Positions 23,373 to 34,303 of a stretch of 64,000 nt of DNA are shown one piece after another. The stretch comes from Macrostomum hystrix (lineage: Eukaryota > Animalia > Platyhelminthes): the NCBI GenBank assembly GCA_950097015.1, contig CATNEN010000037.1, positions 124,001 to 188,000 of the forward strand. The letters run 5' to 3'. The translations under genes and the position numbers were made by a program. Numbering within the stretch: the stretch's first letter is position 1; the number at the start of each line of letters is the position of its first letter. Under the pieces are notes generated by a model, which saw only the letters and a list, made by a program, of their open reading frames with translations, ran no database searches and was not told where the DNA came from.

Positions 23373-25725
23373 TCTACACCAGCTTACCAATTGTGTTGAC
23401 CCCAGACTCATGTACTATAATGTATATAAAAGTTGTGAAAATGAAAAACTTGATTCTGCCAAAATTTTTATATAATTATTTTTGACTTGTTATCAATGCA
23501 AATTTTAATCTCATTGCAATTTTTGTATATCCCAATATGTCATTGAAATTAATTAAATGTATGCCAGTATATACCAATTGCTATTTAAAAATAATTTGTT
23601 TAAGAGTGCTAGCTATAAATTTGCTATTTGTCATTTGATAGCTTGAGTCATGAAAAAATGTTACTTAAAGCTTTGCATATTTTGGGTAAACACATTCTAC
23701 TGTTTTTTATTTATCTAAAAAATTCAAAATATTATAATAGAAGTAGCCTGTATAGCTATTGCTACAGTCTACTTATTTCAAGCTAGCAAAATATTTTTTA
23801 CTGATAAATTATTTCTCTATGACTAATAGCTACTAATTTATCAGATAAACACTAGAACTTGGTGAATTGTCAATGTAAATTGAGATGTACATTGATTATA
23901 AGTGAGCCAGGTCAAAACTTGTCCTCTAGCTAGGGCAATCCACTTTGAATAAACTAATTCATTAATTAACTGACCAGTGCTAAGTATGGTAATGAGGATT
24001 GCAGGTCTTTGTGATCTTTGTGTGTGCCTACATACCGAATTGGCAGAATAGCCTCCTAGTTTTCTATATTTAATCTTATTACTTTCTAAAAGCATTTTCT
24101 TTGTGTTTCTAACTCTTTCTATTCTTATAAGACAATATTTGTTACAAAAGCATTGTTAGTCATAATGTCAGTGACATTGAAATAATATAGAACATTTTGC
24201 TGAAACTCATTTTTTAACAATAGAAGCTAAGCAACATTATCAATCCTTTTGAAGGAGTGAAGATGTTTAAAAGTAATAGCTACCATGTTAGAAATTCTAG
24301 TGGTTTTACTTTTTTGTTGAAAGCTTTTGAAGATGGGCAAATTTCAAATAGGAGTACAATGGTATTTTTTCAGACTTGCTTGAAATTGGGAGCAAAAGTG
24401 ATGAAAGTGACATGGATTAAAATATAAAATATGAGTTAAAAAGTCTAATTCTATTGAAGTGAGCAGTCTTCTGTAAAATGAAATTTCTCTTTAGTAGTTA
24501 GTGAAATGTTTTTTGCTTCTGAAGTAATTACAAGCAAAGTGTTTCATGGAGTGAGTGTACGCTCGTATATGTCAGTTTTGTGTATTGAAAGCAACTAAAA
24601 CTAAAAGCAAAAATGTATTAACCTAAAAAGATTTTAGCTACTTCTGCCTTCATCAGTAAGCTATGATTAATTATTGGCTTTCTGCTAGACACTGTCGAGG
24701 CTTCTTTCTTTGCCAACAAATTTACCTAATGCTAAAGGCAGTCATCCCACTAATGGCTATCACAGGTGTGCTAGCTGTCTAAAGTGTGAAATATACTTTC
24801 ATTTCTTACCTCACATCTGGTGGAAATCTGTGGTTCTCTCTCTTTCTTTATTTCTTTTTATCCTGAATCGCCACTTGTTCGCAGCTGACAAAGGCATTTT
24901 CTATTTCTAAAATGCTCTTTTCGTCCACCGCTTAAGTGGCAAATGCAATCTCCCATTTATAACTATGGCTAGCTAGGGTGTAAGAAATCTGTCTTGTGGC
25001 GGCTAATTATGACAGCTTCATCTGGGATTCTGGGTGCCGGCGGTAAGGATTTTCTGTAGCCTCGCCGTCATGCAGCCCAGGATTTTAACTTACTGCAAAG
25101 GGTCATTCCAACAGGCAGGGAGCGAGAAAGACAGACTGCAGTTTTCGGGCAGGGCATTCAGTGTGTGAAGAATGTTTTATTCGTTCCTTACAGTGAACAG
25201 CAGTCAGACTTTGCCGCGAAACACACAGAGATAGAGTGGTGAGGAAGCGAAAGAAATTTCAAATTTAGCCATCTGCGCATTTGGTGAAAAAAATCCTAGT
25301 CCTCTGCAGATGATAACACTGATCCTGCTATATTCACGTATTTGGTAAGCTAATGGAATAACGCATGGGTTAGGCCAGGGTTATGCAGTTAACGCCTTCC
25401 CTGTCTGTTTCTGTGTGATGACCGCTTCTATTCTGCCGCTGCCTCTACATCCTTCGCGTCATGTGTGTATACGAGCTCGTATATTATATGTGGCTGCGTT
25501 CGTTTTACCGGGAAAACCCCCTTGTCAAGCAACTCTGGGCTTAACACCTGGACTGGAGGTGGTAGATTCCGTGGATCCATTTCTTTTCGCACAATTTTCC
25601 TACCATTTTAGGCCCCAATGTTGGACACTGCGCACGAAGATTATCGCGAACATCTCGCAAAGTGGTAATGTGCTCAATAAAACTAGCTTGTTAAACTGAA
25701 CTAGAGGTTATTCAGCCAGAGCCCG

Positions 25726-26070
25726 GGGGTCGGTGGCAGAGCTTTAAACGCGTTTGCCTCTAGCACTGAGGTCCCTGAGCTCGATTCCACGGCGAGGCCA
25801 CATTCATTTGGGGCGCAGCCGCGGAGAGAAGACTTGGGGGCTTGTCGTGCAATTTACGCCCTCGAGGGCCAACCTCCAAGGCACAGCGAAAGTGTACACT
25901 GCCTGACGACGAGAAAGTCAGAGCAAATGTACACACTCTGTGTGAGTACAATGTGTACGTGTGGATTGCTCAGGAGTCAGAGCGGAATGGGCAGAATTGC
26001 CTCCCCGCTGGCTGCGGGTCTACTGTCACTAAATGATGTAAAATAGCCTGTAGCCCTCCTGCAATCACTA
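25726..26070 (+). mobile_element. SINE family B, plus-strand copy
   Basis: GGGGTCGGTGGCAGAGC...GCTCGATTCC head; body matches the other B copies; the tail is tandemly amplified. Confidence 0.85.
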
Positions 26071-26557
26071 TTATTATTACTACAGCCTGCAGCCCTCCTG
26101 CAATCACTATTATTACTACAGCCTGCAGCCCTCCTGCAATCACTATTATTATTACTACAACCTGCAGCCCTCCTGCAATCACTATTATTATTACTACAGC
26201 CTGCAGCCCTCCTGCAATCACTATTATTATTACTACAGCCTGCAGCCCTCCTGCAATCACTATTATTATTACTACAGCCTGCAGCCCTCCTGCAATCACT
26301 ATTATTATTACTACAGCCTGCAGCCCTCCTGCAATCACTATTATTATTACTACAGCCTGCAGCCCTCCTGCAATCACTATTATTATTACTACAGCCTGCA
26401 GCCCTCCTGCAATCACTATTATTATTACTACAGCCTGTAGCCCTCCTGCAATCACTATTATTATTACTACAGCCTGCAGCCCTCCTGCAATCACTATTAT
26501 TATTACTACAGCCTGTAGCCCTCCTGCAATCACTATTATTATTACTACGGCCTGCAG
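26045..26557. repeat. 39-bp minisatellite (AGCCTGCAGCCCTCCTGCAATCACTATTATTATTACTAC), ~13 copies = amplified SINE B tail
   Basis: The unit matches the GCAGCCCTCCTG..(ATT)n 3' end seen once in the copy at 36672-37030. Confidence 0.94.
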
Positions 26558-28746
26558 AGCCCAAAACTTTTCGTCTGTCTATTTCCGCTAGTGAAGTGAG
26601 CTCTGCTTAACAGTTAAAATACCAAACTTCCTCCACCTTTATTTCAAATAATCCGTTGAATATTTGGACGATGCCTATGTTTTGTTATTCTGAAAGATGT
26701 TGAATATTTTGTTTTTATACTTATATATGTAATTTTTTTATGATGAATTAAAATAATTTAGACGTAAACTAAATTTATTTGATACAATAAAAAAGCTAGC
26801 AATGGTCTATCTTCTATTTAGTGTCTGCGCCTATAAACTATTATAATATACAGTTGAGCAACTTTGAGCAAAGAGATGTGCAACTTTTGAGAGCCTGTCT
26901 AGAATAGGAACTCAGTTTTAAGTTTGGCACGTAAGTTAATTTATTTGTTTTTGGTTTAATCACCACCTCTAGCTATTCTCTATCTATGTTGATTAGATGG
27001 AAAGTTTGGGTAGGTGCGAAAAAATGTGAAACATAATGACGCCAAAGCTAATGATGATGCTGCTGCTGACTATTGTTTTCCTAGTCCTCCATACTCGCTG
27101 CCTTTATTCCCTATAATCTCTTCAGTTTCATTGCATTCAGGCACACAACACAAGCTGCACGAGGTCTCAGTATCGCATGCTGGTGCAGACCACTCAACTC
27201 ATTCCACTCCCCTCGCTCCCCTTTAGCAAAACTCAGAGACTATTCTCAAACTCTAACTGTCCCGGGTGTCACACCTCTCTAGCCTGAGCTGAAAAACTGC
27301 AATTACTTTTTGTTCCCAACAGAGGCCAGTGTTTACTCAGGCCACTGCGCTTGGAGGGTAATTCAGGGTAGGTTTGGCAGGGTCTACTGGCACACTCGCT
27401 CACACTTCACGCTGTCACCATTTTTATATGTATAATATAAACTAGCTAATACCCACTGTATACGTGCTTTGCCTTCACTTGAGAACTGAGGCGCGGGCTT
27501 GAGTAATGAAAGGAATAGGGGTTTTTAGGAGGCTAACAAAAAGCCCTATTTTGAAGGGTGAGAATTTGAGTAAGAGAAGAAGCAGTGGGCTTCTATTTTC
27601 TTTATAAATTTCTCTATACGGCCTGCCTAATGTGCGACAGCCGCATCTGCCCCTGCCTGTGTTTACCCACCCCTCTTGCCTTGACATTGCGACACATTTT
27701 AGTTTTTAGCTTTGCCTTTCTCGGTAGGGGCATAAAGATTTAAAGAAGTTAGCTGTGTGTATATGCTAGGGGTGGACAGATCTTCTTTTTCTCTCTTACC
27801 CCTCTCTCTCTCTCTTTCTGTCTCTGTCGTCAGTTTCCTCTTTGAAAGCTGGGACCAAAAAGGTAGCCCCCCCCGGGGCGCCAACCCCCAATGTGGCCGG
27901 CCCGCATTCCCTCCCTGCCACCCTGACACCTTCCTGCCCACCTTTCAGAGCTGTAGAAGAAATTCACCAGAGAGAGAGGAGTGGCGAATAGAAAGCAAGA
28001 GATGCCAAATGGTTCGCTCCAGTCTTCTCATTTGGCGCGCAAGTGTGACTGTTCACACCTTTTTTCCTACTGGCCCCCCCTCCCTGAAATCTGCCTCCCT
28101 ACTCCCTGCACCCCCAAGTCACTCATATATGACACTTTCTTGGCCAGCCATAGAGTCCAGCGCTGCGTGTTTGTGTGTCCGACCCTCTCTCCGCTGTTCC
28201 AGCTCGCAGGCTTCGTTAAGCATAAGTGTGTGAACGAACTCATTTAGACTTGAAGTTAGGCTAGAGAGAAAGAGTATAAGCACTGACTCACTGACGCATT
28301 CAACAGGCTGTTATAGGAAAATCTTGCCTTTTAACTCCCTGCTCCAGGCCGACAGCTGAAACCAGAGTCCCAGCTACCCGCTATTCAGATTTCCCTGTCA
28401 GCCAGACAGTTGAGCTGCAGTTGCGAGCAGCAGCAGTTCCCGCATTTCCTGCTTGTTTTCTGACTCCCCTGCTCTGCAGTTTTTTTTCCTGATCCGAAGC
28501 TTTGTAAGTTCTATTACAATAATCTTCCTATTTCTCATTTTTTGTCTTCACTTTGTTTAGTTCTGTCAGTCATTCTGTGCAGCTGTTTTAAACAAAGGGA
28601 TTTTTTAGGATTTAAAAAAAGTTTCATCAACATAATAGACCATTCGTAAAATTGCTACTCATTGTAAGAAGCTGGAGTAACTATGACTCTAGCTTGTGCT
28701 TCGCCAGCTGATTAGTACCGAGTAAAAGTACACAGTCAGAGTCACT

Positions 28747-30670
28747 ATGTCTTCATTTGTAAGTAGCCAAGGCCTCGTCATCTAATTAGTGGTTGCTCAC
28801 ATTTCAGCCTACTTCGCAGTCGCCCAGCAACAATAACATGTCCGGCGGCGGCGGCGGCAGACTACGCGCGCGCAACTCGACAGTGATCCTCTGCGCCTGT
28901 CATCCCATCGATGCCCGACACTGTCCCGCTGGCATCTGCGCCACCACCTCCAGTTGCTATGCGAAACTGCACAGGGCTGGCAACGAGCTCGGTTGCTTCA
29001 GCAACCGGACCGAAGGTCATCACGAGCTGGATCGAATGCAGTGCCGATCCAAAGCTCGCCTGCAGTCGCCGACAGACAGCGACAGCGGAGTTCAGAATGT
29101 CTTCTGCTGCGGCAATGCAGATTATTGCAATCGCAATCTAACAGAAGCCGCACTGCCACCGGTCACCGATGGCCGAACTGGCGCCGGCCTGCGCCTACCG
29201 TCAGCGGCGTCTACTAGACAGAATGCGTCCGGCGGCAAGGATCTTAGCGGCTCCGGTGTCGGCGTGTTGACGCCTGAGCACGCGGCCCTGCTAGCTGTGG
29301 TAGCGGCGATGGCCATTGCGCTGGCTGTTAGCCTGGCCATGCTGTTTCTATTGTTTCTGCGTCGAAGGCGACGAAGGAAGGGCGGCGGCGGCGGTGGCGT
29401 CGCTGGCGGCTTCGGTGTGCACATCGGTTGTCCAGCCGATGGCCTTGGCGTTGCCGGCTTAGTGATGAATGGCGACAGCAGCGGTTGCTACCAGCCCGGG
29501 TACATGGGCCCGCCGTTGGCCATAGCGGCCGCTGCGGGCACGCGACTTCCAGCCTCGCTGTCTAGCCAGTGCGTCACAGACACGGCGGTGACGAGCTCAG
29601 CCTTGACAGCCAGCTTCGATTTGTCGTCCGGCAGCGGTCGGGGAGTTCCATTCTTATTTGATCGCAGCGTAGCTCAGCAGGTGAAGCTAATTAGGCAGGT
29701 TGGCCAGGGTCGCTACGGATCAGTTTGGGCCGGCCAGTACATGGGCGGCCGTCTGGCCGTTAAAATATTTTGCTCGCGCGACGAGGCCAGCTTTAGACGC
29801 GAATGCCAGATGTACACGAGCTTCCCGTTGGGCCACGAGAGTATATTAACATTCAGGGCCAGCGACATCACCAGCAGGGAGGGCTGCACACAGTTCTGGC
29901 TCATCTCCGAGTATCATCCGCTGGGTTCGCTGCACGACTTCCTTCAGCGCGAGCCACCTCTGTCCAGTCGACTGGGGCTCCGGCTGGCTCTAGGCGCATT
30001 GTCCGGCCTCTGCTATCTGCACACGGAGGTTCGCGGCTTGCACGGTAAGCCGGCCATCGCTCACCGGGACGTGAAATCGCGCAATATCTTAGTGAAAGAC
30101 AACCTGACTTGCTGCATCGCGGACCTGGGCCTGGCGGTGGTGGCCAGAGAGAAGGCGCCGCCGGAGATGCCGCCGAAGTCAGCTAGGGTCGGCACTAAGC
30201 GCTACATGCCGCCAGAGCTGCTAGCCGACACATTTAATTGGCACGAATTTGAAGCTTACAAATCAGCTGATATCTACAGTATGGGCCTAGTATTGTGGGA
30301 GATTGGCATCAGGATGGTGACAGAATCTGGCAGTGTACAACCGTACGGCTTGCCCTACTGCGAGCACGTTGGCAATGACCCCAGCTTCGAGGAGATGAAA
30401 GACGTTGTCTGTCAGCGCAGCCTCAGGCCTGGCCTACCGGATAGCTGGGCAGAAAGTGCCACTATGCTAGCTTACCAGGCTCTGCTAGCGGAGTTGTGGC
30501 ATGAGCTGCCAGCTGCTAGACTGCCTGCACTGCGCGCTGTCATGGATCTGAGCAATCTGGCTCAGCGGCTGCCGGCCAGGTCTGCCGATCTGCACCTGGA
30601 TCTGATGCGGCATCAGCGGCAGCACCTAATGGATACTGAGCCACTGCTGGCTGCACCGAATGGTTTGTGA
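28747..30670 (+). CDS. TGF-beta/BMP type I receptor Ser/Thr kinase, ALK1/2 (ACVR1/saxophone) class; main exon 28808-30670, possible micro-exon 28747-28758
   Basis: Cys-rich ectodomain ending CCGNADYCN, TM helix, GS box SSGSGRGVPFL, GQGRYGSVW, AVKIF, L45 loop SDITSREGCTQ (ALK2-like), HRDVKSRN, IADLGLA, GTKRYMPPE. The start codon is uncertain. Confidence 0.9.
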
Positions 30671-31533
30671 GTGTCTGTAACAGCTGTCTATCCAGTTTTC
30701 TGCCGAAGGAGTTCTCGCTTCTATTGGAGTTAGTCCGTTTTTTGAACTTCAGAATCTCGTATGTTTGTTATTGTTCAAAGATCTCATTTATTTATTGAAC
30801 CTGCTTTTATCCTACTACGTTTTTGCTTGTCACCTTTTCTGTTTTTCTCTACAGCTGAAATGACTGAACACCCCTTGTCGGTGTAAATATAGTGTACAAA
30901 GTTTGTTTTTTAGCGGATTTTGCTATGTTTCTCTACATTGACAATTTTCTGAATATTTCTATTTTAGTTATCTTGCGCTGCTATTGGTTAATAAAAATCT
31001 GCACAAAGCCATTGCTATTGGGACCTAGTTTAGTTTGTTCTATTTATCCCTTTTTTATACTGCAATCTGTTGTTATTTCTTCCTCATTATGGATTCATCT
31101 GCAACTTTCCCCTTCTCCATTTTGTCTATGGCCAAAATCATACTTCTCTGTCCATCTGCGCATCCCTGATGTAGACTGTTGTTCCATTCTTTCTATAAAT
31201 GTCTTTCCTGCGACAAGTTCATTTTAACATTTACTAATGAATACTACTATGTATAGTAATTCAGAAATCTAATCGCTTTTCTATATTAACAGTAATCTTC
31301 TATTTGGCCTTGGTCATAACAGCTATTTATCTATTATTATAATGCACCAATCTACTTATTGTTCTATGCTCGATTGTAATGACTAAATAAATAGAATGCA
31401 TATTATGAATAAATTTTACATTTTATTTCTAGTGCGTTCTAAATCGTCATCAACATTAACGACTTGCCAAAATTGTCAGCAACGTTATGAATAAAGAAAT
31501 TGTTTCATTGTAGTTACATTTTTATGTCCTACT

Positions 31534-31830
31534 GTGAGTAGCCAGTATGGTGCAACATACGAAAAATTTGTTCCATCGATACAATGTATGCTTGTATACA
31601 TCTGCTATGATGGTCGCTTGTACACTCCCAAGTCTCTCATCTGCGTCCGGGCAGTTGTTCAACGACATCTCGTCTCGCCGAGTGTAAATCCGACTGTCAA
31701 CATCATCACTGGGGACGCCTTTCTTCGAGCTAACGGCGTGCTGATAGCGATGGCAGTCGCAGTCAGAAAAAAACATTTTTTGGCGATTTCGGAGTTGGAA
31801 ATGCAGAAAATTATCCAACGATGGTCCTCT
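31534..31830 (+). mobile_element. Crypton-type tyrosine recombinase (DUF3504/KCTD1-15-like) fragment
   Basis: YDGRLYTPKSLICVRAVVQRHLVSPSVNPTVNIITGDAFLRANGVLIA matches the DG..Y...SL..IRAAIQRHL.....NII.D..F..AN..L pattern recalled for Crypton recombinases; cut off by the 24-bp array. Confidence 0.55.
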
Positions 31831-34085
31831 AATTCCATCCTACAATGGTACTCTGATTATTGTATCCTACACTGGTCCTCTGATTGGATCCTACACTAGT
31901 CCTCTGATTGGATCCTACACTGGCCCTCTGATTGGATCCTACACTGGTCCTCTGATTGGATCCTACACTGGTCCTCTGATTGGATCCTACACTGGCCCTC
32001 TGATTGGATCCTACACTGGTCCTCTGATTGGATCCTACACTAGTCCTCTGATTGGATCCTACACTGGTCCTCTGATTGGATCCTACACTGGTCCTCTGAT
32101 TGGATCCTACACTGGTCCTCTGATTGGATCCTACACTGGTCCTCTGATTGGATCCTACACTAGTCCTCTGATTGGATCCTACACTTGTCCTCTGATTGGA
32201 TCCTACACTGGTCCTCTGATTGGATCCTACACTAGTCCTCTGATTGGATCCTACACTAGGTCCTCTGATTGGATCCTACACTGGTCCTCTGGTTGGATCC
32301 TACACTGGTCCTCTGATTGGATCCTACACTGGTCCTCCTATTGGATCCTACACTGGTCCTCTGATTGTATCCTACACTGGTCCTCTGATTAGATCCTACA
32401 CTGGTCCTCTGATTGGATCCTACACTGGTCCTCTGATTGGATCCTACACTGGTCCTCTGATTGGATCCTACAATGGTCCTCTGATTGGATCCTACACTAG
32501 TCCTCTGATTGGATCCTACACTGGTCCTCTGATTGGATCCTACACTGGCCATCTGATTGGATCCTACACTGGTCCTCTGATTGGATCCTACACTGGTCCT
32601 CTGATTGGATCCTACACTGGTCCTCTGATTGGATCCTACACTGGTCCTCTGATTGGATCCTACACTGGTCCTCTGATTGGATCCTACACTGGTCCTCTGA
32701 TTGGATCCTACACTGGTCCTCTGATTAGATCCTACACTGGTCCTCTGATTGGATCCTACACTGGTCCTCTGATTGGATCCTACACTGGTCCTCTGATTGG
32801 ATCCTACACTGGTCCTCTGATTGGATCCTACAATGGTCCTCTGATTGGATCCTACACTGGTCCTCTGATTGGATCCTACACTGGCCCTCTGATTGGATCC
32901 TACACTGGTCCTCTGATTGGATCCTACACTGGTCCTCTGATTGGATCCTACACTGGTCCTCTGATTGGATCCTACACTGGTCCTCTGATTGGATCCTACA
33001 CTGGTCCTCTGATTGGATCCTACAATGGTCCTCTGATTGGATCCTACACTGGTCCTCTGATTGGATCCTACACTGGCCCTCTGATTGGATCCTACACTGG
33101 TCCTCTGATTGGATCCTACACTGGTCCTCTGATTGGATCCTACACTGGTCCTCTGATTGGATCCTACACTGGTCCTCTTATTGGATCCTACACTAGTCCT
33201 CTGATTGGATCCTACACTGGTCCTCTGATTGGATCCTACAATGGTCATCTTATTGGATCCTACACTGGTCCTCTGATTGGATCCTACACTGGTCCTCTGA
33301 TTGGATCCTACACTGGTCCTCTGATTGGATCCTACACTGGTCCTTTGATTGGATCCTACACTGGTCCTCTGATTGGATCCTACACTGGTCCTCTGATTGG
33401 ATCCTACACTGGTCCTCTGATTGGATCCTACACTAGTCCTCTGGTTGGATCCTACACTAGTCCTCTGATTGGATCCTACACTGGTCCTCTGATTGGATCC
33501 TACACTGGTCCTCTGATTGGATCCTACACTGGTCCTCTGATTGGATCCTACACTGGTCCTCTGATTGGATCCTACACTGGTCCTCTGATTGGATCCTACA
33601 CTGGTCCTCTGATTGGATCCTACACTAGTCCTCTGATTGGATCCTACACTGGCCCTCTGATTGGATCCTACACTGGTCCTCTGATTGGATCCTACACTGG
33701 TCCTCTGATTGGATCCTACACTGGTCCTCTGATTGGATCCTACACTGGCCCTCTGATTGGATCCTACACTGGCCCTCTGATCATATCCTACACTGGTCCT
33801 CTGATCATATCCTACACTGGCCCTCTGATTGGATCCTACACTGGCCCTCTGATTGGATCCTACACTGGTCCTCTGATTGGATCCTACACTGGTCCTCTGA
33901 TTGGATCCTACACTAGTCCTCTGATTGGATCCTACACTGGTCCTCTGATTGGATCCTACACTGGTCCTCTGATTGGATCCTACACTAGTCCTCTGATTGG
34001 ATCCTACACTAGTCCTCTGATTGGATCCTACACTGGTCCTCTGATTGGATCCTACACTGGTCCTTTGATTGTACCTACACAGGTC
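31825..34085. repeat. 24-bp minisatellite (GGTCCTCTGATTGGATCCTACACT), ~94 copies
   Basis: Tandem copies with degenerate edges. Confidence 0.97.
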
Positions 34086-34303
34086 CTCTGGTATGGTGAT
34101 CTTCTGGTCCTCTGGTATGGTCCTTCCTATTCATTCGACAAAGTCTGAAGGTCGTTAAGTATTTAAAACAGAATCTATACAAATCCATATACATTCGTCT
34201 TTACATTTTAAACTTTCGTTTCTTTATCGATGCAAATTTGTCTATGGCGATAAGCCCCCATTAACATACAAAAAACGAGTGACAACTGAACTGAGTCAGT
34301 TAA

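Noticed and set aside
27250-28260. Possible solo LTR or extra gene (ORFs 27757-28233 etc.)
   Set aside because: There is no second copy, TSD or PBS in the window, and the ORFs are low-complexity with a hydrophobic stretch that comes from a (CT)n run.
32244-34148. 634-aa TGPLIGSY-repeat ORF and its antisense partner
   Set aside because: Artefact of a 24-bp unit (a multiple of 3); non-ATG start, no unique domain.
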